A DNA stretch of 64,000 nt from Octopus bimaculoides (Eukaryota), in the NCBI RefSeq assembly GCF_001194135.2, contig NC_068985.1, positions 11,552,655 to 11,616,654 of the forward strand, written 5' to 3'. Position numbers and translations under genes: made by a program. Below, one piece after another: positions 1-13,217 of the stretch. Within the stretch, counting starts at the first letter, position 1; every line of letters begins with the position of its first letter. Below the pieces are notes generated by a model, which was not told where the DNA came from, made no database searches, and saw only the letters and a program-made list of their open reading frames with translations.

Positions 1-60
1 TTTCGAGCAAATGGAATGTTCATTGCACGTAAAAGCATATAAGCATGGAGACAGACAAAC

Positions 61-64
<4 letters not shown>

Positions 65-135
<71 letters not shown>
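65..135. repeat. (GA)n microsatellite
   Basis: Uninterrupted GA run, followed by degenerate GA-rich sequence to about 198. Confidence 0.95.
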
Positions 136-139
<4 letters not shown>

Positions 140-749
140 GAGAGAGGAAGAGAATGAGAGAGAAAAGGAAAACAGAGAGAGAAGTAGAGAGAGAGAGGGA
201 TCCTAATATGCGTAGGTGACATCTATTTTGTGACATAGAAACACTTGTAAAAGAAATTGTTTTCCGACACGGGTGCTTCCATACCGAGCACCGTTACACG
301 TTTGTGCGTGCATAAACCTGTTGTGATTGATTCAATCCATGTATCTATATATGTGGGCATAAAGACATACATATATGTAAATGTATTTGCGTACATATAA
401 ATACATAATGTATATATATATATATATATATATACATATATACACACACACACTTATATATACATAAAAATATATACATATACGCACACACACACACACA
501 CATTTATATATACATAAAAATATATACATATATGCACATATATATACATATAGATACATACATACATGCATACATACAGAGAGAGAGCAACCGAGAGAGA
601 ATGATTAGATAGATAGATGGAGATATGCAGTTATGTGTGCACATATAAACATATACATATTTCTCTGTGTGTATGTGTCAGTGTGTATGTGTCTGTGTGC
701 GTGTGCATGTGTGTGCTTATACGACATTGCAATGTACCTGTGTGAATAT

Positions 750-2030
750 TCTGGAAGGTTATATAGCTTCGTACAAATTCATGTCCACTTGATTGATACC
801 TATACATAAATTAGATTCCAAAATCCATTGGAATTGACATTTTAATATATTGCTCATAACCATTATGACGTCATGTATTTTCAGTGAATACTGTCTTCTA
901 AGCATTTCACTATCCTTCTATTCAGCAAAAGGCTGACTTCTCATTAGTTACTGTTGCATTAGTTTAGCTCCACGTTAAATTTGATCGACTTGTGTTATGA
1001 TCACTTAATGTCCAGCTGAACAATCTGTATCCTCCTTTACGCAGAGAACCCTGGAAAATATTACTTAACGCGTTCTCATAGCGTGTAACAGGATGGGTTA
1101 TGGCACTCTACATCTAACAGGTTGAGCGACCACGTAGATGTACATTTTTGGGTTCTTTCTTAGTAGTTATAGGCCCGCTAGAACAGCAGCTAAACCTTTC
1201 TTCTTGTCTCATCCAGTAATATTATACAAGGTGGGACATATAAAATGTGTTCTACAGTTGTAGGACAACTGAAACGTTTCGTAAAGCACAACTCCACTGA
1301 GTCTTCTGCTACACCCTTCTATCCATCGGCAGCTAAACTTTTCTTCATGGCTCATCCAGTAATATTATACAAGGNNNNNNNNNNNNNNNNNNNNNNNNNN
1401 NNNNNNNNNNNNNNNNNNNNNNNNNNNNNNNNNNNNNNNNNNNNNNNNNNNNNNNNNNNNNNNNNNNNNNNNNNNNNNNNNNNNNNNNNNNNNNNNNNNN
1501 NNNNNNNNNNNNNNNNNNNNNNNNNNNNNNNNNNNNNNNNNNNNNNNNNNNNNNNNNNNNNNNNNNNNNNNNNNNNNNNNNNNNNNNNNNNNNNNNNNNN
1601 NNNNNNNNNNNNNNNNNNNNNNNNNNNNNNNNNNNNNNNNNNNNNNNNNNNNNNNNAAAGCCCAACTCCACTGAGTCTTCTGCTACACCCTTCTATCCAT
1701 CGGCAGCTAAACTTTTCTTCATGGCTCATCCAGTAATATTATACAAGCTGGGACATATAAAATGTGTTCTACAGTTGTAGGACAACTGAAACGTTTCGTA
1801 AAGCCCAACTCCACTGAGTCTTCTGCTACACCCTTCTATCCATCGGCAGCTAAACTTTTCTTCATGGCTCATCCAGTAATATTATACAAGGTGGGACATA
1901 TAAAATGTTCTACAGTTGTAGGACAACTGAAACGTTTCGTAAAGCCCAGCGTCACTGAGTCTTCTGCTACATCCTTGTAACAATTCAGTAGCTTCATTGT
2001 TCATTCCCTATACTTTAAAATGACGAAAGA
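750..2030 (-). mobile_element. Highly decayed MULE/Mutator-like transposase remnant, interrupted by the 143-bp array
   Basis: Hand translation of the minus strand, across stops and frameshifts, gives YNCRTFYM / PCIILLDE / KGLAAVLAGL*LL / ENALSNIFQGS / YRLFSWTLSDHN / KYMTS*WL. Order and spacing resemble the MULE catalytic region as recalled (YNCRxF..GIIxxSDE..xxAGLxLL..ERNALxxVFP..WRWLWDxxHN). No HMM was run. Confidence 0.45.
1187..1975. repeat. 143-bp tandem repeat array, near-identical units, spanning a gap
   Basis: The marker ATTATACAAG occurs at 1221, 1364, 1738 and 1881, giving a 143-bp period on both sides of the 1375-1656 gap. Confidence 0.95.
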
Positions 2031-2619
2031 CACTCTCTCACTCGGAAACGATTGGGATTCCATCTGAATATTAAAAGCGATGTAATTATCGATGTCTAAC
2101 ATCATATTATTTTTAGAATTCAGTTAAAACATTCACATTATTTAACTGGTATTTTATTTTATCAACTCCCAATCAATGAAAGGCAAAACTTCCTTGGCAA
2201 GCTATGAAATGAAAATGCGAAGAAACGTAACTAAATATTTCAAACTATTTTATCCGGTTTTCAAGCGAATCAGTCCAAGCTGCTATATTCAATACAGCAA
2301 TGCATTTATAATCACACTCATCCGTTTAATTACTATTAAAACTATCATATACTAGGAAAAGGAAATTTTATACATTAAGATTTCCTGAGCGAAATATTTT
2401 ACGCATTTTCATATAGAAATCGAAATCAGGCCAGAGGAATTATCTACGCCTCTATCAGTCACAATGTTTTGGTGTTTCAGAACGACTCTGGTCTATAAGC
2501 AAACAGGTACAAGGATGAGCCAATTAAGGGAAGTTTTTGGTGGTCGCGTGATACATGATAAATATGAATTAAATTATTTTAAAAATTGAAGGGAAGGACA
2601 TACTTGATTCTATTTGCAG

Positions 2620-2880
2620 CATCGTGATTCCGGCTTTAGTCCCACTGCGTGAACCTGAGGTAGTTATCCTCTCTTATCAGCGCAAATGCTTTATAAGTGA
2701 ATAGGTTGGGCGGAAACTGTGAGGAACCTTGCGGCCCACATGTCACAACCGGTGTTGTTTTGTTCCCGTCCTCGTAATTTGGCAGTTCAGCAAAAGTATC
2801 GATAGAAATAAAGTAGAAAACACCAGGCTGATAATTATGTACCTGAGTCGATTTATTCGACTAAAACGTTTCAAGGCAGA
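2620..2880 (+). mobile_element. Degraded tRNA-SINE (same family as 35612-36062)
   Basis: Remnants TTCCGG..AGTCCCACTGCGTG, GGAAACTG, ACAACCGGTGTTG and GTCGATTTATTCGACTAAA are colinear with the reverse complement of the 35612-36062 element. Confidence 0.55.
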
Positions 2881-5512
2881 AACCCTGTTTGATTGCGGTC
2901 CAGTGACTGAATTGATTCAAGATAAAGAATGGGAAATATCAAGGCTGAAATGATTTTGATCATTTGTAGACTCCAGAAATGTTGACGTGGGTCGAATAAA
3001 CAACAATAGGATCAAACAACTTGAGTGTATTGAAGATATTCTTTCCTGTTTGGTTATACGGTTTCATGGTATACTGGTTTCATCGCTCTATTGAACATTA
3101 CTACCTGGGAATTGGATGACATAAGTGGGAGAGTCCAGTTTATTGCAAGCACTTGGGACAGGCCTAACCATTCGAAGAAACCTTTTTATTTCCATCAGAC
3201 CAGCGATACGCAATGAAGGAAATTATGTGTACTGCGTACCATGTTTGTACCATGTTTGAAATTGTAGTGTAAGCCTAACTCTCATAAGTTTATATCTGCA
3301 TGTATCAATCCATTGATAAATAAAGACTGCAAAGAGAAATGGGCACTTCCTTTACTCTGGACTAATAGTTCAATAAAAAAAATTAACGATCAGCCATATG
3401 TGAGAAATCATTGCTTAGATCATTGCATCGAACAACATACTAACTATACTCTACATCCATATCGCTTGCTTTTGGTGATATTTTTGTTTTTCTCAATAAG
3501 CGTCTGTCGTGGTGGTGGTGGGAAAATCTGTTAATGCTTTTGTGTACGAGTGCATATGCATGTGTGTTTTAAATCTTTTCTCGGTTTGTTTGATTAAATA
3601 TTTTATGTACTCAGAATAGTACAACATGAATGAATGCATAAGGCGTGGCACTAAAGATATGAGTTTGGGTTTCCTAAAACTTGTATTAGAGAAATAATAA
3701 ATATTATATAATCTACGTATTGATTGAAATATCGACTGGAATAGCCGGTATTTATTTTATAAAACAATGGCAACACGCATTAATGTGAGGAGAATCTCCT
3801 AGCTAGCCTATATTTCTTTATTAGGGTAAATCATCTTCTATTATATAATCTTTTATGTCGATGTCAAGTTTGTTAGCAAACACTTTCCCTGTCAACTTCT
3901 GATGTCATTTCCTATATTAGCATCAAATCATACGGTTTCCTGCGTCTATATCTCCCTTGTGATGGTACTACTTTCCTACACAATCCATTTTGCAATGGCT
4001 GAGTACAAAAGGAAAGAAGAAAGAAAGAAAGGAAGAACGTGAACGATATTCAATTTCAGTGTTTAGTTTCCATTTATACTTTATTAATGAGTGGCGTAAA
4101 TGCAATAATCTCGATGCGATTGTATTAAAGCAGTCAATTTTTTTCCCGTTTGATGTTGTTGCAGATGTTATTAACGTTGTATTTATATTTATATTTAGCA
4201 TCAGGTAAGCCCTTATCGAACAGAGCTTAGGAGATAGAAGATATTCCAGGCCTAACAAACCTGTTACTCTTACTGGATGGAGGTAATCTATAACTACACT
4301 AGCTGATGTGTCCATCTTTTTTTTTAAACAGTGATGAGTGCGATTTGAAGATTGACTGCTGTTTCTTGTAATTTCTTCTGAGTCAGGTGGCCACATAATG
4401 ACTACTGGTATCTACTGTAATGTTGTTTCTGTTTTTTTTTTTCGTTCGTGGTGATGGTGGTAGCGGTGGTGTTGGTTAGAGATGGTAGTAATGGTGATGT
4501 TGGTGATGGTGGCGTCTCTGTTGTTATTGTTTAGTTCCAACACAAACCTGACCGAAAAAACCCATGAACTGATCAAAGCAATTAGAGTTTTAATGATTTA
4601 TTGATTGCATCCTTCATATTTGAATACGGTAATGGCGCAATTTTACAGAAATGTATTTATTATCTTGAGCTGCTCGCCCATTTCGCAAACACTTCCTCGT
4701 TAGTCACTGGGTTACTTAAAACAAAAGATTCAGATAACTTATTGTTCAGCGAAGCTACTTTTTAAACAACTTGTTATTAAAGAGATATGTATGTATATAC
4801 ACGTTTCTTAATTTGTGCAAGATATATATTAGTGTGTGTGTGTGTGTGNNNNNNNNNNNNNNNNNNNNNNNNNNNNNNNNNNNNNNNNNNNNNNNNNNNN
4901 NNNNNNNNNNNNNNNNNNNNNNNNNNNNNNNNNNNNNNNNNNNNNNNNNNNNNNNNNNNNNNNNNNNNNNNNNNNNNNNNNNNNNNNNNNNNNNNNNNNN
5001 NNNNNNNNNNNNNNNNNNNNNNNNNNNNNNNNNNNNNNNNNNNNNNNNNNNNNNNNNNNNNNNNNNNNNNNNNNNNNNNNNNNNNNNNNNNNNNNNNNNN
5101 NNNNNNNNNNNNNNNNNNNNNNNNNNNNNNNNNNNNNNNNNNNNNNNNNNNNNNNNNNNNNNNNNNNNNNNNNNNNNNNNNNNNNNNNNNNNNNNNNNNN
5201 NNNNNNNNNNNNNNNNNNNNNNNNNNNNNNNNNNNNNNNNNNNNNNNNNNNNNNNNNNNNNNNNNNNNNNNNNNNNNNNNNNNNNNNNNNNNNNNNNNNN
5301 NNNNNNNNNNNNNNNNNNNNNNNNNNNNNNNNNNNNNNNNNNNNNNNNNNNNNNNNNNNNNNNNNNNNNNNNNNNNNNNNNNNNNNNNNNNNNNNNNNNN
5401 NNNNNNNNNNNNNNNNNNNNNNNNNNNNNNNNNNNNNNNNNNNNNNNNNNNNNNNNNNNNNNNNNNNNNNNNNNNNNNNNNNNNNNNNNNNNNNNNNNNN
5501 NNNNNNNNNNNN

Positions 5513-5569
<57 letters not shown>

Positions 5570-5650
5570 TACACCACATATATATCGTACACGCACACAC
5601 ACACATACACACACACATACGTACACACACATACATACATACATACATAC

Positions 5651-6061
5651 ATACCTGTAATTATTGGGTCCTTGAGATATGTAAAACACTGCCTAAATAC
5701 CAATCTTGAGAAATTAGGCTTCTCAAAACCATAAAGGAGAAAGGTAATTCAAAGACTACAGATCCAATCCATCAATGGAACTGTAAAGTTCTGTAAAACT
5801 TTCCAGAAGTTTTTCATTTAAATATATATGAGCATGTCTAGATATGTAACTATATGCATGGGAATACATACATAACACATACAAATCTGCACGTACATAC
5901 ATACATTTAGGTACGTACGTACGAACGTAAATACGTACATACATACATACATACAAATGAACTTATCCTGTTGATGTTGAAATTCCAATGGAGGAACCTT
6001 GAATTTAGATTAGAAATCGGTTCTTTATTGCCAAGAAATCTTGAAATAAGCTGAATAATGA
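5651..6061 (+). mobile_element. 5'-truncated RLE non-LTR retrotransposon (R4/Dong-like), CATA family, copy 1
   Basis: 5651-5821 translates to IPVIIGSLRYVKHCLNTNLEKLGFSKP*RRKVIQRLQIQSINGTVKFCKTFQKFFI*, nearly identical to the C-terminus of the RPD-containing ORF at 45486-45833. The 3' UTR ends AATCTTGAAATAAGCTGAATAATGA and runs into (CATA)n at 6062-6115. (CATA)n also lies immediately 5'. Confidence 0.88.
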
Positions 6062-6471
6062 CATACATACATACATACACATACGTACATACATACATAC
6101 ACACACATACATACATGTGTACATAAGTACATGTATGTATATATTTATTTCTAATATATTAATCTATATATGGATTATATTTCCTATGTTTATTTTATAT
6201 GTAATAGAGTCATTTTGCTTTACTACTACGCAGTCACACACATTCATTGTTTATGTTTAGCCCCACAGATTAGCGAACCGTGCCAAGAAGCATATTTATA
6301 ACAAAAGACTTGGATTCAATCGAGATGGAACAAAACATTCTCAGTGTATTTTGAAATCGAAGGAGCCGGAAGAATCTAATAACTTTTGAATTCATTATCA
6401 GGAATTACTTTCAATGTTCAGTTGGAATATTCGATTCTGTAGTACGAAGTGATTTCCTCAGTTAAGCAGTA

Positions 6472-6777
6472 TTGTTGTTTGTTCCTTCTCGAGCCATGCC
6501 TGGCTCATAAGGGCCGCTTTCCCGGTTTCATTGGCGTATAGGTTTCCCACCTGGATGGGACGCTGGTCTGTCGCAGGTTAAATGCTAGACGTAGGAAAAA
6601 AAACTTAAGGAAAGTTGTGGCGAAAGTGTCAGCAGAAGTTCACCATTACCTTCTGCCGGAGTCGTGTGGAGCTTAGGTATTTCGCTCATAAACACACACA
6701 TCTCCCGGTCTGAGATTCGAACCGGCGATCCCTCTACCGCGAGTCCGCTGCTCTAACCATAAGGCCATGTGCCTCCA
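6472..6777 (-). mobile_element. tRNA-derived SINE (OR1-like head), full length, with 15-bp TSD
   Basis: The minus strand starts GTGGAGGCACATGGCCTTATGGTTAGAGCAGCGGACTCGCGG..GGTTCGAATCTC (A/B-box-like) and ends in an AAC-rich tail. A perfect direct repeat CTCAGTTAAGCAGTA lies at 6457-6471 and 6778-6792. Confidence 0.92.
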
Positions 6778-7319
6778 CTCAGTTAAGCAGTACTCTTTAA
6801 TAATCCATTGCACTACGGGCACAAGAGGGAGTTAGTCTGTTATATTGACCCCTAAGTACAACTGGTATTTATTACAAGTTTTCATTTTATTTTTTGTCCG
6901 GCGAACGAATGATTCTTTAAGTTTGTCACCTTGGAGTACACTTAAATAGTAAAATTTTCTATCATCGTTGTAGTCTTGCTCCAGGTCAAACACCGATCGA
7001 GCTGTCATAATCCATAGTATTGTACTTGCATCAATTTTATATACGAGAAGAATATAAAACTCAAAATATTACATGGATTAAAAAGCAATGGCAATGAAAA
7101 TTAAAAGAAAATACATCGTCTCCCTGTAAATTGATATAAAATCCATCAGGATGTTCTTATTCCGTTTAACTGTATTACGACACAAAACGCATGTTAGTTG
7201 TGCATTGCAAGTAAATGGCGTATTGTGTCTATCTCACTTGTCTGTACTTAACGCTTCTCTGTTTATCTTCCATTCAATATGAATGCCATGCAAATATACA
7301 CACACACACACACACACAA

Positions 7320-7376
<57 letters not shown>

Positions 7377-7546
7377 TTTATCGATCTGTTAAAAGATCAA
7401 CAAAGTACTCCATCCGGTGAGAGATATCATTTGATAGCAGGAGACACAAGAAGTGTTATAAAAACCTGCCTTGTCAGGCGTCTCCAATGCACGAAACTAT
7501 TATTAGCTCGTATTTTTATACTGTATTCATCAAACGATATATACAT

Positions 7547-7590
<44 letters not shown>

Positions 7591-7664
7591 TCATACACAT
7601 GTATATATGTATGTATGTATACATACACATACACACAGCATTTAAAAAGATTTTCGTCCATTAA

Positions 7665-8270
7665 AGAAATAGCGCATTGCAGCGATGCTCATTATTTCGG
7701 GCAATCAGGAATTTAAGGCTCAATATCCCACAAAATGTAAACAATCTATTTTTATCTGCATCCTGCTTAATTTCCAAACTATGTAATGAACGGTAATATG
7801 GTGTCCGTGATAAATCTGTCAGCTTGTGAAACTTCGCTGCCTTTAAGTTGGATATTTTGACCATTACCCATACATATTTGTGCAGCAATTTTCTAATTAC
7901 TGAACTAACTATAAGTTTTGTTAAAGCAACATTAGGCCCCTTGTTCTCTCGTTATGTTACATCAGTGAAAAACAATACTTTCAGACATCCCACTATGTGG
8001 ATTATGAAGGATATAGTGAAAGAAGATATTTCAAGCCTTTACTTAGAAGATATAGTACAATATTACTCAGCAAACTCCCAGGGCTTTATCTGACAAATAT
8101 ATGTTTACTGATATGAAACAAGAAGCTGCAGAATTCACTCGAGCGTTTGCGAGTGCGGCTTGGAGTGTTCAAGAAGCATTCTGATATCTGTTACAATCAG
8201 ATGACTTTATGAATCAGGAAGTGCTGGCTTTAAAACGTACAGCAAAAGCGATCTCTATTGTAAAATAAGT
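7665..8270 (+). pseudogene. Decayed reading frame of unknown, possibly transposase, origin
   Basis: One frame runs about 140 codons with two stops (..NNTFRHPTMWIMKDIVKEDISSLYLEDIVQYYS..). It continues after a frameshift as SDKYMFTDMKQEAAEFTRAFASAAWSVQEAF*YLLQSDDF. The composition is protein-like, but the family could not be assigned. Confidence 0.25.
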
Positions 8271-9809
8271 TATATTTCCACTAAACTTGATTTAGAGTGA
8301 CGTGGGATTAATTTGGACACGTTTACCCTCTATCACTTTTAATTTAAAGGAGGAAAAAGGGTCTCGAGGATACAGCAGTAAAGGATAATATCATAAACAT
8401 GACTAGTAACTTGAAATATAAATGCTTCGTGATTGACGTTGTGATTCTCCAATTACAATGAAAAGCGACTCCAAATCTCGCCTGCCAAAGGAATAGTAGT
8501 CTAACTGAAATGCTTGTGTTACACAGAATTTCCTTGAACCCAAATGATTCACTGCACTGTTCTGCTTTACTGTCGAATGTTACTGTAAGAAGAATTTCGG
8601 AAAACAGGAATTGTCTATTTTAGAAAATGTTTTAGATCAGCGTTCAGATATCAATTTACCCTAAGCTTGTATACGTGTCGAAGTAGTTTTTATTCCAGAG
8701 AGTTTACGGATCAATGTGTTATTTCCGTTCCGTTCAACGCATAGCTTAAAGTACATCAAATCAGTTGATTACTACGACTGATGAAAATTACCGGGCTTAA
8801 AATTTCTCGAAAAATTACGTTGCATAACAATGGAAACGAAAACCGGTAACAGTGTTTGAAAGGAAGCTAAACACACATATCTTATTGGGGATTGGGATAA
8901 TCTCTACCCATTATATTCCAGTAAAATCAAAGGATAAACTACAATCAGTCACACCTTGTACAGTTTTCGTAGGCATTGGTGTTTTAATAAATTCATGCGA
9001 ATAAAGCTAAGGACTTCTTACATTCTGATAGCGAGACATTTGTCAAAGAAAATCTTGGTGAGTGAACAGAATCATAAATGTTAAGAGCTAGTAGTCAACA
9101 GGAGCTAGATAATGCAAAAGATATTCAAGATAAAAGTCTTAATGGATTATCCCCGATTAAGAGCAACTTTCAGATTTTGAAAGAAGAATGAAGACATATA
9201 GACTTGAATGAGGCATTTTAAACAGGGAATGAAAGCAGTCGACCATGAAAAATCTTTTCTTGGTGAAACTTATAATGAAAATAGCAGTACTACAAATAAG
9301 GTTCAGTATTTCGCATTCCTAATTGGTTGTATTATCTAAAGTAATCAAACGTGCACGTACGTGTACACACGGACACACACAAACGCATGTATGTATGCAG
9401 ATTGATAGATAAATTGATAGATACATATAGATATAGATATATTTATCTATATATGTATATAGTACACATGTATATATATATATATATATACATACATATA
9501 TGTATGTATTCTTCAATTAGCATATTTTGTTCCAAGGAGCATTCCTACATGATTCCTATTTTATTAAATTACGCATAATTTGGTTGAAAGAATGTTTTTA
9601 TGGAAGTATAGGCATTGGGCGCGTCCAAACTGTTAAACTATGGTGTATATTTCAGTAATATTTTAACATGCTCTGATAAAGAAGTTTCTGATGGCGGAAC
9701 AAACAAAAAGTGGTGAGACATATTAATTTCGTTATTCGAGGAAGCGGTTATGAATATGTATATTATATATATATATGTGTACATATATGCGCACGTGTGT
9801 GTGTGTTTG

Positions 9810-9849
<40 letters not shown>

Positions 9850-10034
9850 AATATATATATATATATATATACACATATATATACATAAATATATATATAC
9901 ACATATATATACATAAATATATACATAAATATATATATACATATATATATACATAAATATATATATACATATATGTATATATATTTATACACACAAAAAT
10001 ACGCGTATATATTTTTTCTGTCTATTTATCTATC

Positions 10035-10077
<43 letters not shown>

Positions 10078-10082
<5 letters not shown>

Positions 10083-10178
10083 AACTTATGACATTAGGAC
10101 GTACGAAAGGCCGCTATGCATTTTATCCTGCGTGATCACGATTCTACCTGCTCGCCACTTATTTATGAAACGAACATC

Positions 10179-10183
<5 letters not shown>
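10078..10183 (+). repeat. 106-bp dispersed duplicate of 13516-13621, embedded in (TA)n
   Basis: 105/106 identical; the only difference is CTCGCCAC versus CTCGTCAC. Confidence 0.95.
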
Positions 10184-10222
<39 letters not shown>

Positions 10223-10611
10223 TCACATTAAATAACACATATGTACATATTTATATGCATATATACGTGCATATATACACATATATAACTTTATACATAT
10301 ATGTGTGTGTGTGTGTGATCCCAATAACGCAGCTCTCAATCCTGGTTATCAATGCATTTATCTGTATAATTATTAATCTTTTAGCAATCTTTATAAATAT
10401 CACTATCTCAATCTCAGCGTAGTATATTTATATTGGCGCACTTGCATACGTACGTATACACATACGTATGCATATATATATACACACACATACATACATA
10501 TATATATATATATAATGCATTTGTAAATCTATCGATTTATGTACAAATATATAGAAGTGTGCGTATACGTCCATTAATATGTATGCATACAGGTATACAC
10601 ACACGGACACC

Positions 10612-10646
<35 letters not shown>

Positions 10647-11142
10647 NNNNNNNNNNNNNNNNNNNNNNNNNNNNNNNNNNNNNNNNNNNNNNNNNNNNNN
10701 NNNNNNNNNNNNNNNNNNNNNNNNNNNNNNNNNNNNNNNNNNNNNNNNNNNNNNNNNNNNNNNNNNNNNNNNNNNNNNNNNATCTATGTATGCAAGAATA
10801 TATATATATGTACGTAGCTGGTACTATTCGTATGACTACATATACGATAAATTCAGCCGGTGGGAAAACAATTATTCACATGCGCTAGCGTTAAACTTAC
10901 AGAAATTTTTCGCTAGAGAAGATGATAAAAAGATAGAAAATAAAAAGAGTAAAATCTGAGCAACGGCAAGAAATGAACGGAAAGAATAAATACAAAGAAA
11001 ACAAACAAATGAAATTATCAATTCCAGGATAGACTCTCTCAGATTCAGAGAGATGTGATTGTACGTATATATTTATACGTGTATCTGCACATACATACAT
11101 ACACACACATATATATATATATATATATAGAGAGAGAAATAC

Positions 11143-11188
<46 letters not shown>

Positions 11189-13151
11189 GGGTAGGTGTTG
11201 GGTAAGAGTAGGTGGATGTTTAATAATAAAGAATGTATGATTTCAAGCGCAAAATAAACGGTAGTAAGAAGAGGCTAAAGAGATAGTACATACTTTATAT
11301 ATATGCATACCTATGTGTATATCTGATGCGTGGAGACTAGGCGATAGAATCTGATGTATTCATTTGATGTCGAATACAAAGAGGAAAAGAAAAAAAAAAA
11401 GGAATTTTCCTAAACTTCGATTATTCTGCTAACAGGATAATTAGCGACCTAGAACATTTTTTTCTCTCATTCACTTCTTGTCTCTTACGCATAGTCTTTC
11501 ACTTACTCTCCTAGAATTGTACCAATGTTCAGCTTTTTTCTTTCTATATCTGTACGAACTTAGACACATACGCATACACACACACACANNNNNNNNNNNN
11601 NNNNNNNNNNNNNNNNNNNNNNNNNNNNNNNNNNNNNNNNNNNNNNNNNNNNNNNNNNNNNNNNNNNNNNNNNNNNNNNNNNNNNNNNNNNNNNNNNNNN
11701 NNNNNNNNNNNNNNNNNNNNNNNNNNNNNNNNNNNNNNNNNNNNNNNNNNNNNNNNNNNNNNNNNNNNNNNNNNNNNNNNNNNNNNNNNNNNNNNNNNNN
11801 NNNNNNNNNNNNNNNNNNNNNNNNNNNNNNNNNNNNNNNNNNNNNNNNNNNNNNNNNNNNNNNNNNNNNNNNNNNNNNNNNNNNNNNNNNNNNNTGTGTG
11901 TGTGCGTGTGTCGAAAGCAAGCAGAAAATGCGTCTAGTACAGGGCCATTCTCGCTCCCCAGTGACGCTGTACTTCTGTTATTTACATTGTTGTGTCTGTA
12001 TGGTACATAGAAACATTCATGTAAACAATACAACACCTGCATGTAATATATATATATATATATACATATATATATACACACATATATATATATATATATA
12101 CATATATCTATGTGTATGTATATATAAGCACATGTCTACGTAGAGGCGCATATGTATCTGTGTGGGTGTGTATGTATACATTTGCTAGTAATTCTCTTAC
12201 TTTCGCTTTCACTTTTATCTGCCAACGTATCGCTTTATCTGTTTGCATGAGTGGGTGTATATAGTACATATATGGGTGTGTGCGTGAGTGAGATTGTGTA
12301 AGTATGTATGTATAAATGTATGTATATGTGTAAGCATGCACCATATTATTTTATCACCGGAACCACCCACCGACACAAATATCAGTATATATACATAGAA
12401 ACTCGCGCGTGCTCGCGACCCATACTCAGACTCGACGTCTCTAGCACCTTCCTGGCCTTGTATTTATATTTTTATTTTAATTTATTGCTTTCCTTACATC
12501 ACCGTCTCTCATCATACTTATCGTTTCTTTGTCATTTTCCCACACATTTCCTATCTATTTTCCCCTTCTCAGCAACATATACAAACGCAACATTGTGCAT
12601 ACACATACAATCACACACCGCCTTGCATAAATAAGCATACAGAATATCCTACACAAAATTTGTCTGCAAGTATGTCTACTACACATATATGTGAATATGT
12701 ATGTATTTATATACACACACACACACACATATATGTATGTAAGCACATACGTGTGCCAGTGCGCACGCGTTTATATGTTTAAAGTATATACGCATCTTTG
12801 ACATTATTTGCTTTCCCGCGGCGCAGTTACTTCCTAAAAAAACCTATACAACTTTAAAGCCAGTCACAAATGTGATGTTGAGACTTTAATGTTGGCGAAT
12901 AGGATTTAAGTCTTTCTTTCTCACTTCCTGAAATGATGCCATTTCAATAACATGCCATTTAGAGTACGTTAGAGATATACGTATGATCTGCTCTGTTTGC
13001 TTCTCTATCGGTAAGGCAACCGATAATATTTCTGATTCTTTTTTTTTTTTTGCCTGGTTTTCATCTTTCTTACTCTGTTGATAAAAACGCCTCTCCACTG
13101 TTTGCACACAAATATTAAACATCATACACACATATGTATACGTATGTATAC

Positions 13152-13217
<66 letters not shown>

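Noticed and set aside
1345-1374. PCIILLDEP as an ABC/AAA Walker B motif
   Set aside because: It is followed immediately by a stop, has no Walker A or signature motif and lies within the 143-bp repeat unit.
4165-4204. DVINVVFIFIFSI as a voltage-gated channel transmembrane segment
   Set aside because: It is too short and AT-driven, the expected conserved Glu does not follow and there are no supporting neighbouring exons.
8778-8820. Hammerhead ribozyme-like CTGATGA..GAAA (also CTGACGA at about 25030)
   Set aside because: Stem II and the flanking helices do not pair properly, and the second site lacks the GAAA.
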